A stretch of DNA of 64,000 nt from Candidatus Coprovivens sp. (GTDB lineage Bacteria; Bacillota_I; Bacilli_A; RF39; UBA660), in NCBI GenBank assembly GCA_051892935.1, contig JBJFGS010000025.1, forward strand, positions 32,001 through 96,000, in the 5' to 3' direction. Positions 48,921 to 59,296 of the stretch are shown here, in pieces (the first letter of the stretch is position 1; each line of letters begins with the position of its first letter). Under the pieces are notes generated by a model. That model did not search any database. It was not told the DNA's origin and was given only the letters and a program-made list of their open reading frames with translations. The translations under genes and the position numbers were made by a program.

Positions 48921-51107
48921 ATGAAAAAAGCAGAGCTACTAATACCTGTTGGAAATCAAGAATGCTTAATAGCAGCAATTCATAATGGAGCCGATGCAGT
49001 ATACCTTGGTGGAAAAAAATTTGGAGCAAGAGCATATTCAAACAATTTCAATGAAGAAGAAATGGTAAAAGCAATAAAATTATGTCATCTATACGGAGTA
49101 AAAATATATGTAACAGTAAACACAATGATTTATAATGAAGAAATAAAAGAAGTATTAAACTATCTAAATTTTCTTTACATTAATAATGTTGATGCCGTAA
49201 TAATGCAAGATAATGGGTTAATAGAACTAGCAAGAAAATTAATACCTAATTTAGAAATACACGTTTCAACACAGGCTCATAATCATAACTCTCCAGCAAT
49301 ACAGCACTACAAAGAAATAGGATGTACTAGAGTAGTATTTGATCGAGAATCATCACTAGAATCAATAGCTAATATAACTGTAGACATAGAAAAAGAAGTC
49401 TTTATATATGGAGCACTATGTATTTGCTACTCAGGAAACTGCTTATTTAGCGCCTTAAACGGCGGTAGAAGTGCTAATAGAGGAATGTGTGTAGGTTCAT
49501 GTCGTCTACCATATACTTTATACAAAAATAACCAAAAACAAAAAGAAGGATACTTACTAAGTACAAAAGACTTAAATACACTTCCTAATCTTAAAGAAAT
49601 ACTAGATAAAAAGATTGATTCTTTAAAAGTAGAAGGTCGTATGAAAAGCAAAGAATACGTAGCAATAGTAACAAAAACATTCCGTAAACTAATTGATGAC
49701 TACTACAACAAAAAAGAAATAATCTTTACACAAGAAGATAATGAAAAACTATTACAAACATATAATAGAGAATTTACAAAAGGATACCTATTTAATGAAG
49801 ATAATATAATAAATAATAAAACATCAAATCACCAAGGAATAAAAATAGGTACAGTAATTGGCGTAAATAACAAAAAAATAACTATTAAGTTAGATAAAGA
49901 TTTATATCAAAACGATGCAATTAGATTTGATAAACCAAATAAAGGTATGTATGTAAATACCCTATATAATAATAAAGGACTACTAGTATCAAATATAGCC
50001 AAAGGAAACATATGCCAAGTAGACAATAAAGAAAGAATTATGATTAAAGACCTACTAGGCAGTAACGTTCTAAAAACAATAGATACAAAACTTAATGAAG
50101 AACTAAATCAAATAACAGAAAAGAAAATACCTATCAATATAACATTTAAAGCCAAAATAGACGCAAATAGCACACTTTCCATAACAGATAATACAAATAC
50201 CATAGAAATAGAAGGAACAATAACAGAAGAAGCTAAATCATCCCCTATAACAAAAGAACGTATTATAGAACAAATTACTAAACTAGGATCAACACCATTT
50301 ACACCAAATCAAATATTAGTAGATATAGATAGAAATATATTTATTAATATAAAAGAACTAAACGAACTAAGAAGACAAGCAGTAGAAAAACTAATAAATA
50401 AAAAAGAAGGACATTCCAAATCAGAAATACACCTTAGCATTCCATCTCCAATAGAAAAAATAAGTAATAATCCTAAAATAAGTATCTTAGTAAGAAACGA
50501 AGAACAATTAAATATAGCACTAAGAAATAATATAGACTATATATATGTAACAGAAGAAAAAATATACCAAAAATATAAAACATATAAAAATATTTATTTA
50601 AGACTAAACAGAGTAATAGAAAATCACCCAGACTATGAAAACGAAAGACTTCTATGTACAGAATTTGGTTCTATAATAAAATATAATAAAAATAATAGCA
50701 TAAGAACAGATTATTATCTAAATGTTGCAAACGATTATACCATAAACAAACTTATTAAATTAAACAGTAATTCTATTACTTTGAGTGTAGAATTATCAAT
50801 AGAACAACTAAAAAATATAAAAAATAAAGAAAAATCAGAAATATTAATATATGGAACACCAGAATGTATGATTATTAAAAATAATATATTTAATATAAAA
50901 GAAGAAAATGCCTACTTATTAGATAATAAGAACAATAAATATCCTATAATATATGATAATTATACTCATATCTTCAATCATACCAAAATTAATTTAATAG
51001 ATAAAATTCCTATATTAAAAAACTTTGGCACATATAGAATAGAATTATTAAACGAAAATATAATAGAAACACAAACAATTATAAATAAAATAAAAGATAT
51101 GTTATAA
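48921..51107 (+). CDS. U32-family protein (RlhA-like RNA hydroxylase, long form)
   Basis: ELLIP.G, GADAVYLG, HVSTQ, LCICYSGNC, SANRGMC...CR, SLKVEGRMK. Confidence 0.88.
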   Translation: MKKAELLIPVGNQECLIAAIHNGADAVYLGGKKFGARAYSNNFNEEEMVKAIKLCHLYGVKIYVTVNTMIYNEEIKEVLNYLNFLYINNVDAVIMQDNGLIELARKLIPNLEIHVSTQAHNHNSPAIQHYKEIGCTRVVFDRESSLESIANITVDIEKEVFIYGALCICYSGNCLFSALNGGRSANRGMCVGSCRLPYTLYKNNQKQKEGYLLSTKDLNTLPNLKEILDKKIDSLKVEGRMKSKEYVAIVTKTFRKLIDDYYNKKEIIFTQEDNEKLLQTYNREFTKGYLFNEDNIINNKTSNHQGIKIGTVIGVNNKKITIKLDKDLYQNDAIRFDKPNKGMYVNTLYNNKGLLVSNIAKGNICQVDNKERIMIKDLLGSNVLKTIDTKLNEELNQITEKKIPINITFKAKIDANSTLSITDNTNTIEIEGTITEEAKSSPITKERIIEQITKLGSTPFTPNQILVDIDRNIFINIKELNELRRQAVEKLINKKEGHSKSEIHLSIPSPIEKISNNPKISILVRNEEQLNIALRNNIDYIYVTEEKIYQKYKTYKNIYLRLNRVIENHPDYENERLLCTEFGSIIKYNKNNSIRTDYYLNVANDYTINKLIKLNSNSITLSVELSIEQLKNIKNKEKSEILIYGTPECMIIKNNIFNIKEENAYLLDNKNNKYPIIYDNYTHIFNHTKINLIDKIPILKNFGTYRIELLNENIIETQTIINKIKDML

Positions 51108-51124
51108 TAAAAATAGGTGATAGT

Positions 51125-51745
51125 ATGATAGATTTAAAAACTTGTAAAACAAAAGATCTAGACGATATATTCTATGCAACAAAAGAAAGTCAAGGAACTG
51201 AAAATGCTATATCAGCAATTAAATATGTTTTATTCGATGATGATTCTGTATTAGAAGGAAAAAAACCTGAAGATAATAAATACTTATATATATCATCTAC
51301 AAATAATGCCCGAAAAAAAGCTATGTTAATGCAACAAGACGATATAACACATATTTTAATAAAGTATTGCATGTCTACGTTTGGCTTAAGAGGAAAAGAT
51401 TTTATTGTAAACGAAGAAGAATTACTATTAAATCTTCAACGTATAGAAAGACTAGAACTAAGTGCTTATGAAATGATTGAACAAATAGCCTATGCAGCAA
51501 TAGGAAATATTTATAATGCCATAGATCTTCTATATGGCAATCAAAATATTTTTAACGAAATAGTAGATTACATGTTATCAGAAAGATATATCTCAGAGTA
51601 CAAAGATTCACTTGACAATTTTTCAGGAATTATTGATAATAATAACATTGATTCAGAAAAACGTTTTGCTTTTTATGATGCATATTGCAATATAGACAAA
51701 ACATTCGAAGAAATAAAAAGAAACAATCCAGATTATATAAAATAG
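51125..51745 (+). CDS. Hypothetical protein
   Basis: aggtga RBS; 206-aa ORF. Confidence 0.7.
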   Translation: MIDLKTCKTKDLDDIFYATKESQGTENAISAIKYVLFDDDSVLEGKKPEDNKYLYISSTNNARKKAMLMQQDDITHILIKYCMSTFGLRGKDFIVNEEELLLNLQRIERLELSAYEMIEQIAYAAIGNIYNAIDLLYGNQNIFNEIVDYMLSERYISEYKDSLDNFSGIIDNNNIDSEKRFAFYDAYCNIDKTFEEIKRNNPDYIK

Positions 51746-51760
51746 AAAAGAGTAGAGTTT

Positions 51761-52225
51761 ATGAAAAAAAATAAAAAAGAACTTGATATAAAAGAAAATT
51801 TAAAAGATTTAGGCAAAAAAAGTAATGGATTTTTATCAGAATTTAAGAAATTTATTGCTCGTGGAAACGTAATGGATCTTGCCGTTGGTGTAATTGTTGG
51901 AACAGCATTTACAAGTATAGTAACAAGTCTATCGAATAATATTTTACTCCCTTTAATAGGAATTGTTATTGGTGGATTTAATTTTAAAGAACTTTCACTT
52001 GAATTTACAGCTTGGGGAAATCCAGTCACATTAAATTATGGTTTATTTATTCAAAGTACTGTAGACTTCCTAATAACAGCATTTTGTGTTTTCGTAATAG
52101 TAAAAGTATTAAACAACTTATTTAGTAAAAAAGAAAAAAAAGAAGAACCCAAAGCTCCTGTTAAATCAGATGAAGTTAAGTTATTAGAAGAAATTAGAGA
52201 TTTATTAAAAGAATCAAATAAATAA
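51761..52225 (+). CDS. mscL: Large-conductance mechanosensitive channel
   Basis: EFKKFIARGNVMDLAVGVIVG, YGLFIQ..VDFLI, LLEEIRDLLK. Confidence 0.97.
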   Translation: MKKNKKELDIKENLKDLGKKSNGFLSEFKKFIARGNVMDLAVGVIVGTAFTSIVTSLSNNILLPLIGIVIGGFNFKELSLEFTAWGNPVTLNYGLFIQSTVDFLITAFCVFVIVKVLNNLFSKKEKKEEPKAPVKSDEVKLLEEIRDLLKESNK

Positions 52226-52283
52226 AAAGTAGATAGAGTAATATGAACTGAACCCCAAAAGTTGGACAGTTTATAAATAGTTT

Positions 52284-53134
52284 CTAATTAGAGGATTGTA
52301 ACCTGTAATTCACGGGAGACAGTCCTTTTAATTTTACTTTAATTCTATCGTAATTATAATAATAAATATAGTCATCAATCGCTTTTATCAAATCATCTAA
52401 TGTTTTATAATTATCCTCTTGGTCATAAAACATTTCTGTTTTAAGTATACCAAAGAAATTTTCCATCATTCCATTATCCATACTATTTCCTTTTCTAGAC
52501 ATACTTTGTTTTATACCATTATTTTTTAATCTTTGCTGATAAGATTGATGTTGATATTGCCATCCTTGATCTGAATGAAATATTAATCCTTCTAAATTAT
52601 TATTTTTATTAAATGCTTTATTTAGCATATCATTAATTTGTTCTAAGTTTGGTGATTTAGAAGTATTATAAGAAATTACTTCGCCATTATATCCATCTAA
52701 TATTGGTGATAAATAACATTTTTCACCACGAAGATTAAATTCAGTAACATCTGTATACCATTTTTCATTTGGTTTGTCTGCATAAAAATTTCTATCGATT
52801 AAATTATCGGTAATTTTACCTATAGTTCCTTTATATGATGAATATTTTCTTTTATTTCTTTTTAACGGTTTTAAACCTAATTTAACCATTATTCTATAGA
52901 CTTTTTTATGGTTAACATTATAACCTTAATTTCTTAATTCTAATGTGATTCTACGATAACCATATCTTTCTTTATTATTAATAAATATTTCCTTTATTTT
53001 ATCATTATTTCCTTATTTTTATCATCTTTATCTATTTTAGATAAAGTATAATAATATACTGATTTAGCTAAACCAGATATTTTCAGAAGAATCACTAATG
53101 GATATATTAGCCGAAGTTCACTTACAACATTTAC
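52284..53134 (-). pseudogene. IS3 OrfB DDE transposase, disrupted
   Basis: W.TDVTEF, HSDQG.QY, DN..MENFFG; frameshift near 53000 and in-frame TAA at 52926-52928 (ITLELRN*GYNVNHKKV). Confidence 0.85.
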
Positions 53135-53637
53135 TTTTTCTTCTGTTGTTGATTCTTCCTTGCTTGAACAACGGCTCTCAATTTTTTTGAGTATTCTAGC
53201 TCCGCTTTTAAATATAAATTTTCTTCTTCCAATCTTTTTATTTTTTCTTTATCTGTTTCATTTTCTTTTTTCTTTGTTACTTTAGGCATAGTTGACCGTC
53301 CTCGCTTTCGTTCAACTATATTATAACCATTTTCTATATAATTTTTAATCCAATTTTGTAACATTCCATAACTTAGTAAACTCATATCCAAAGCAACAGA
53401 CCATACGGCCTCACCATTAATTAAAACTCTATCAATAGCTTCTTGTTTTTCGAATCTTGTATGATTTTTATTTTTACCAGCTCTTAAAATATCTATTCCG
53501 TGTTTATCAATTAGTGCAATTAGATAATTTATTAGACATTTTCTAACTTTATACTTATTTGATAAACTGCATATGGACATTCCATTCTTTTTATCATTAT
53601 ACAAATTTATTTTATCTTCATAAGTTAATTTTGACAT
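53131..53637 (-). CDS. IS3 OrfA (HTH)
   Basis: Double HTH; LEEENLYLKAE..Y.KKL zipper; A-rich frameshift window at the end. Confidence 0.85.
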   Translation of the reverse strand: MSKLTYEDKINLYNDKKNGMSICSLSNKYKVRKCLINYLIALIDKHGIDILRAGKNKNHTRFEKQEAIDRVLINGEAVWSVALDMSLLSYGMLQNWIKNYIENGYNIVERKRGRSTMPKVTKKKENETDKEKIKRLEEENLYLKAELEYSKKLRAVVQARKNQQQKKK

Positions 53638-53712
53638 ATAAAAACCTCGTTTCTATTTTGTCCAAGAAACGGGGTTCATATCAATACTCAAATCTACTTT
53701 TTTATTTAATAA

Positions 53713-54624
53713 TTAAACTTTTTCTACTAATTTAATAGATTTATCTACTAAGTAATTAATATTTTCATCTCTACATACTGTATCTTTTTTAGTATGAATT
53801 TTATCTATATATTCAAAATGCTTTCCTCTAATTACTGAACAAACACCTACACCATTAGTAAAATTAGCTTGATCAGATGGATAAATAGCTCCTTTAGTAA
53901 TCATATCAGTAATAACATTATTATCACTAGTATAAACATCTTTTAACAAATCTACATTTTTAATAGCTTTTTTATTAAAAATAAACATAATTTTATCTCC
54001 ATCAGAAACACAATCAAAATTAATTAGTAGCTTTTCTTTCATAACATCCTTATGCTTAGAAGCAAAAGATGCAGAACCTATAAGTCCAGATTCTTCTAAA
54101 TCAAACAAGATAAAAGCAACTTTATCTTTTAAATTATCAGGTATTTTATTAATCATTTCTAGAATAGTTAATACACCAGATGTGTTATCATTAACAGTAG
54201 ATTTATTTGCTGGACCAAACATTATTAAACAAACAAATAATATTATAATAAAATCATATATAAGTTCTAATAATAACTCATTAATTGGAAACAAAAATGA
54301 AATTCCAATAGTAATAAAAGCAGAAACAAATACAATTAAGAATAATAATAAAATTTGATATAAAACATAAATAAAAATATTTGTAGGTGTAATAAAATTA
54401 GGAACAGGTAATACAGCACAAGTATCATAATGAGCCGTAAATAAAACCTTAGCTTTACTAACATCACCAATAACTATATTTCTACTACCAAAATATCCTT
54501 TTTCAATTGATATGTCATATTTAGAATCTTTTAATTCCTCTTTAACATAACTAATAAACTCATTTTTTTGTTTTTTATTTTTTCTAACCATATACTTATT
54601 TAAAATAGTATCTTTATACTTCAT
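53713..54624 (-). CDS. M28 family peptidase (membrane)
   Basis: TAHYDT, NDNTSGV, DLEESGLIGS, INFDCVSDG, IHT; start MKYKD after ggagga. Confidence 0.88.
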   Translation of the reverse strand: MKYKDTILNKYMVRKNKKQKNEFISYVKEELKDSKYDISIEKGYFGSRNIVIGDVSKAKVLFTAHYDTCAVLPVPNFITPTNIFIYVLYQILLLFLIVFVSAFITIGISFLFPINELLLELIYDFIIILFVCLIMFGPANKSTVNDNTSGVLTILEMINKIPDNLKDKVAFILFDLEESGLIGSASFASKHKDVMKEKLLINFDCVSDGDKIMFIFNKKAIKNVDLLKDVYTSDNNVITDMITKGAIYPSDQANFTNGVGVCSVIRGKHFEYIDKIHTKKDTVCRDENINYLVDKSIKLVEKV

Positions 54625-54659
54625 ATAAACTTCCTCCAAAAAAAGAGCAATCATTGCTC

Positions 54660-54830
54660 TTAATAATATATTAACATTCCAAAAATAGATATCAAAGAAC
54701 CTAAAATCATAACAAGAGCCATAATCCAACCAACAATTTTCATTACTAATTTTCTTTTTTGATTGGCAGTCATTTTTTTCTTTTTAGGTTTAATTTTTTC
54801 TTCGACTTCATCTTTAATTTTTTTTGCCAT
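54660..54830 (-). CDS. Small C-terminal-TM protein (56 aa, MAKKIKDEVEE...LIYY)
   Basis: gaggtga RBS; charged N-terminus and one TM; below the ORF-track cutoff. Confidence 0.7.
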   Translation of the reverse strand: MAKKIKDEVEEKIKPKKKKMTANQKRKLVMKIVGWIMALVMILGSLISIFGMLIYY

Positions 54831-54905
54831 TTAAAATCACCTCTAACTATATAAACTAAATATAATTTATCATATTTTTCACCTTAAGTAAATAAATTTA
54901 ATCAG

Positions 54906-55481
54906 GTGAAAAATATGATAAGAATAATATCGAAGTATAAAAATATCTATATATTTCTAATAACACTAGCTATAATCGGTGCAATAAGTGGTTATCTATA
55001 TTATCAGATTCAACCAACTAAAACTAAAGAAGAAATAAAAACAAACGTCAACATCAAAGAAAGCATAAATTCAAGAGTAAATAACTTATCTAAAAACTTA
55101 AAAAATAATATAAAAATATTCTTTTATTCACTATTAATAATACCTATAATAATAAATATCTTTAATATATTTTATAAGCCTTTCGAAATAGGTTTTATTT
55201 TTAATTTATTATCAAAATATAATATTAAACTATCATTAATATATACAAACATATACTTAAATATTCCTTTTATAATAAGTATCATCCTAACTAGAATAAG
55301 TATAACTTTCATATATAATATAATAAAATACATTATAATAAGAGATAATAAATCAAAAGTATTAATAAAAAATACATTTAAAAAATACATTATAATAATA
55401 ATTATTTCAATACTATACGATATATTAATTATCATCACTAGTCCTTATATAAACAGATATTTAATGACATTTATTAAATAA
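54906..55481 (+). CDS. spoIIM: SpoIIM-like membrane protein
   Basis: Size and TM pattern (IIG.ISG.LYY; IP.I....FYK.F.IGF) resemble SpoIIM; sigK and spoIIP are in the window. Confidence 0.55.
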   Translation: MKNMIRIISKYKNIYIFLITLAIIGAISGYLYYQIQPTKTKEEIKTNVNIKESINSRVNNLSKNLKNNIKIFFYSLLIIPIIINIFNIFYKPFEIGFIFNLLSKYNIKLSLIYTNIYLNIPFIISIILTRISITFIYNIIKYIIIRDNKSKVLIKNTFKKYIIIIIISILYDILIIITSPYINRYLMTFIK

Positions 55482-55512
55482 TAATGTTATAATTAATAAT
55501 AGAGGTGATGAT

Positions 55513-57180
55513 ATGGAAGCACTAGCTATCAGCGCAGCAAATTTAAATACCATAGAAGAAAACTTAGGAGCAGTTGCCAAAGAATTATCTGGAGTCATAA
55601 ATAATGTTTCAACAGTAAATGATCAAGTAAATAAAGTAGAATCAAAAGTAGAAACACTTAATGACGAAGTAAAAAGCCTAGTTAAAGAAATAAGAGAAAC
55701 TACTATAATAACAAACGCTCGTCAATCTATTATGTATAACAACTCAGAAATAGAAAAAAAATATGGATACTACGATAAAGTAAGAAGAACAACTGAATCC
55801 CTATTAGATGCTATTGAAAACTCATCAATAAGAAAAAATTCTCTTCAAGAACTAAATCAAGAAATTATTTTAAATAATCCAAATTACTGGTTATCTTCTG
55901 CTTTAGCTGCATTATCATCATGGTTATTAAACGATCGTACAAATACCGAAAAAGAATTAAATAACGCATTAAAAAAAGATAATAAAAAAACAAGTCTTTT
56001 CTTCTGTTTGATAAATTTAAAATTACAAAGAACTCAAACATCTTTAAATTGGTTAAATAAATATCTATCTCTTCAAAATCCAACTAAATTAGATAAAGAT
56101 TTTATAACTATCCTTGATTTAATTGCAACAGGTACTTTTGGTGATGAAGCCAAAAATACAGTATTAAAAAAAATAAATTTCTGGTTTAATAGTCTTAACT
56201 CTGAAAAAGAAATACAAAACGAACAAAAAAGCATATGGAGCAATTTTTTAAAAACAAAACAAGATACCGATATAAGAATGCCAAATTTAGAAAACTATTC
56301 CCCAGATGTATTCAAACTAAAAAACAACTTAGCAATAACATCAACTTATATAAATGTCCTTAATCATTTAGAAAACATTATAAAAAGCGACACATCAAAT
56401 AAAGGAATAAACGAAATAATAAATAATTTAATATACGAATACGAATCAAATGAACAAATATATCAAAAAGACAATTTAAAAAATAATCTTATTATAGAAT
56501 GTAATGGTAATAGAGAAGAAGCCGAAAAACTATTTAAAAAACAAGAAAGTATTTATAACAATGAAACCAATCTTCTAACCCTTTTAAGCAACATTATAAT
56601 ATATAAAAATTCATACAGTATTAGTAATGAAACACAAAAAATAGCTTTATCACTAATGAAAGAATACATCCAAAACGCTATTGAAGAAATGAATGAAGAA
56701 ATAAGTAAAGATAACATCAATATATCAATAGACAAATTTAAAACAACAACCAAAGATGGAAGTAATTTAAAAGAAGCAAAACAAGACTTAGAAGCTTATC
56801 TAAGTACGATATTTAATGAAGAAGATAAAGATTTAATAATTACTCTTTTAATAATAAATATTCTAGGAATAATAGGAATATTCATAACTTTAAACAGCAA
56901 AATTCTTTGTACATTATTAATAATAATAATTCTATTAGGAAATTTCATTTTACTATTTAAATTAAATCAAAGAAATAGGCTAAGAACAAGAGAAAAAAAT
57001 AAATTGAGAATCAATATAGGAAATATCCTTGAAAGAGTCTTAGCAGAAACAACAGATTACAACAACTTAATGTTAGAAGACAACGAACATTATATAGAAT
57101 TAAAAACATATCTAAACAATCTAGAAGCTGAAAACTACACAAAAAGTAACGACGAAAGAAATATTAATATAGGAGAATAA
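55513..57180 (+). CDS. Coiled-coil / helical protein with two C-terminal TMs
   Basis: N-terminal heptads (VSTVNDQVNKVESKVETLNDEV); P.YWL..AL.AL..W; two TMs near the C-terminus. Confidence 0.8.
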   Translation: MEALAISAANLNTIEENLGAVAKELSGVINNVSTVNDQVNKVESKVETLNDEVKSLVKEIRETTIITNARQSIMYNNSEIEKKYGYYDKVRRTTESLLDAIENSSIRKNSLQELNQEIILNNPNYWLSSALAALSSWLLNDRTNTEKELNNALKKDNKKTSLFFCLINLKLQRTQTSLNWLNKYLSLQNPTKLDKDFITILDLIATGTFGDEAKNTVLKKINFWFNSLNSEKEIQNEQKSIWSNFLKTKQDTDIRMPNLENYSPDVFKLKNNLAITSTYINVLNHLENIIKSDTSNKGINEIINNLIYEYESNEQIYQKDNLKNNLIIECNGNREEAEKLFKKQESIYNNETNLLTLLSNIIIYKNSYSISNETQKIALSLMKEYIQNAIEEMNEEISKDNINISIDKFKTTTKDGSNLKEAKQDLEAYLSTIFNEEDKDLIITLLIINILGIIGIFITLNSKILCTLLIIIILLGNFILLFKLNQRNRLRTREKNKLRINIGNILERVLAETTDYNNLMLEDNEHYIELKTYLNNLEAENYTKSNDERNINIGE

Positions 57181-57182
57181 CT

Positions 57183-57359
57183 ATGAACGAAGAACAATTT
57201 AAAAAACTAGATATAGGCAATGAAATAAAAATAAAACCAGCTATTATTAATCTTCCAGAAAAAAAAGATAAAGATAATAAAAATGATGAAAAAATAATAG
57301 TCGAACTTCCAACATGGAACATAGAACCACCTATAGAAATAAAAAGAGGCGAACAATGA
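57183..57359 (+). CDS. Microprotein (58 aa) ending ...VELPTWNIEPPIEIKRGEQ
   Basis: aggaga RBS; starts 2 nt after the upstream stop; its stop overlaps the next ATG (ATGA). Confidence 0.7.
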   Translation: MNEEQFKKLDIGNEIKIKPAIINLPEKKDKDNKNDEKIIVELPTWNIEPPIEIKRGEQ

Positions 57360-57790
57360 CATACGAAGAATGGTTAAATACAATTGAAGAATTAAAACAC
57401 CCAAACCTAAGCATAGATAATCTAAATAAAATAAAAAACACCTCCTTAAATGAAAATATTAATCCTTTATTAATTCCTAAAATAGAAAATTTAGTTAAAG
57501 AAAGATTAAACAACAGCATAAATAAAATAATTTTAAATCTTAGTGAAATATTTAGCGATATAAACTACTTAGATCTAACACTACTAAATTTTAAAAAAGA
57601 AATAAACTATATATTAGAGATAATCTCTATAAAACAATTACCAGAAGAAAAACAAAAAGAATTAAAAGACATGATAAAAGCCGAAAGTAATAATGTAATA
57701 GAAATTCTAAATAAAGAAGCACAAAAGCTTGATTACACAGGTTCCTTATCATCAATAATAAATAACTATAGAATAAAATGGAGTGAATAA
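57356..57790 (+). CDS. Helical hypothetical protein (MTYEEW...)
   Basis: gagg RBS; coupled to both neighbours. Confidence 0.7.
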   Translation: MTYEEWLNTIEELKHPNLSIDNLNKIKNTSLNENINPLLIPKIENLVKERLNNSINKIILNLSEIFSDINYLDLTLLNFKKEINYILEIISIKQLPEEKQKELKDMIKAESNNVIEILNKEAQKLDYTGSLSSIINNYRIKWSE

Positions 57791-59288
57791 AATGAATTAC
57801 AATGAAGCAAAAGAATACTTAAAAAGATATTTAAAAGCAAGAATACCAGTTATTATAATTAATACAGCAGAAAAAAATCGTTCATTAAGATTAATTAAAG
57901 AAATTGCCAATGAAGCAAATATGAATTTTAATTTATATCAAATGTCTCAAGGAATATCTGATTTAAAAACAAATACAATAAAAAGCGAAGATAAAACAAT
58001 AATGAGTGCCATTGATTACATTGTAAACGAAATAAGACACCAAGAAAATAGTAATTTTATCATAAGTGATATATCAGATATATACGAATCAACCACCATT
58101 TCAAGGTACCTTGTAGATGTAATAGAAAAAGCAGAAACCATGTCTGGAGTAATAGTTTTAGTTACAAACGAACCAATTTGGTCAAATATTCAAAGATTAG
58201 GAATAACAATCAAACTAAACTACCCTACAGAATCAGAATTAAAAGAAACAATAATGAACACTATTTCTCCTTATAAAAACCAAATTGAAATAGAATGGGA
58301 TGAAATAGACTATGTAAATGCTGCAACATATCTTCAAGGATTAAGTGAAATGGAAGTAAAAAATATTATCTCATCATTAATTGTAAAAGGTTCAATAAAA
58401 AAAGAAGATTTAAAAGAACTAAAATATGCAAAACAAACTTTATTTAATGAAATAGCAGGGTTAGAAGCTATTGAAGTAGATGATGACTTTCAAATAGCTG
58501 GACTAGATAATTTAAAAGAATGGTTATATGAAAAGAAAACTTTAATGGATCCAGCAAAAAAAGAAGAGCTATCAAAAAGAGGAATTGCTGCTCCTCGAGG
58601 AATTCTACTAACTGGAGTACCAGGTTGCGGAAAAAGTCTTTGTTCAAAAGCAACAGCAAGTATCTTTAATATTCCCTTATATAGACTTGATTTAGCAACT
58701 GTTCAAGGTCAATACGTTGGTCAATCAGAAAAACAACTCAAAGAAGCTCTAGATACAGCAGAATACGTTTCCCCTTGTGTTCTTTGGATTGATGAAATAG
58801 AAAAAGGATTAAACGATTCAAATTCTAGTGTTACATCAAAAATGATTGGCCAATTCCTATTTTGGTTACAAGAATGTGAAAAGCCCGTATTCGTAATAGC
58901 ATCAGCTAATAGCGTTGAATCACTACCACCAGAACTAATAAGAAAAGGACGTTTTGATGAAATATTCTTCGTTGATTTACCAAACGCATCCGAAAGAAAA
59001 CAACTACTAAAATTATATTCAAATAAATATTTAAAAGTAGAAATAAGTGAAGAACTAAAAAACAAACTAGTCTCAATAACCGAAGGATTCGCAAGCGCTG
59101 ATATTGAGGCAACAATTCGTAATATAGCATATAAATTAATTGCCAATAAAGATATCGAATTAACAGAAAGACTTATAATAGAAGAATTATCAAAAGTAGT
59201 ATCACTATCCAAAACAAATCCAGAAAAAATAGAAAAAATACGAAAATGGGGACAAGAAAGAGCAACCAAAGCATCAAAAGATATATAG
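57783..59288 (+). CDS. AAA+ ATPase, Ycf46-like (degenerate first and active second AAA domain)
   Basis: GLDNLKEWL, GVPGCGKS, YVGQSE, LWIDEIEKG, LPPELIRKGRFDEIFFVDLP, IR.W..ERA..AS. Confidence 0.88.
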   Translation: MNKMNYNEAKEYLKRYLKARIPVIIINTAEKNRSLRLIKEIANEANMNFNLYQMSQGISDLKTNTIKSEDKTIMSAIDYIVNEIRHQENSNFIISDISDIYESTTISRYLVDVIEKAETMSGVIVLVTNEPIWSNIQRLGITIKLNYPTESELKETIMNTISPYKNQIEIEWDEIDYVNAATYLQGLSEMEVKNIISSLIVKGSIKKEDLKELKYAKQTLFNEIAGLEAIEVDDDFQIAGLDNLKEWLYEKKTLMDPAKKEELSKRGIAAPRGILLTGVPGCGKSLCSKATASIFNIPLYRLDLATVQGQYVGQSEKQLKEALDTAEYVSPCVLWIDEIEKGLNDSNSSVTSKMIGQFLFWLQECEKPVFVIASANSVESLPPELIRKGRFDEIFFVDLPNASERKQLLKLYSNKYLKVEISEELKNKLVSITEGFASADIEATIRNIAYKLIANKDIELTERLIIEELSKVVSLSKTNPEKIEKIRKWGQERATKASKDI

Positions 59289-59296
59289 GTGATAAA

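Larger units (their letters stand above)
52244..53683 (-). mobile_element. IS3-family (IS150-like) insertion sequence, inactivated
   Basis: TG...CA ends with IRs tgaactgaaccccaaaagttggaca / tgtccaagaaacggggttcatatca; 3-bp TSD ata; inserted in the mscL terminator loop. Confidence 0.9.
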
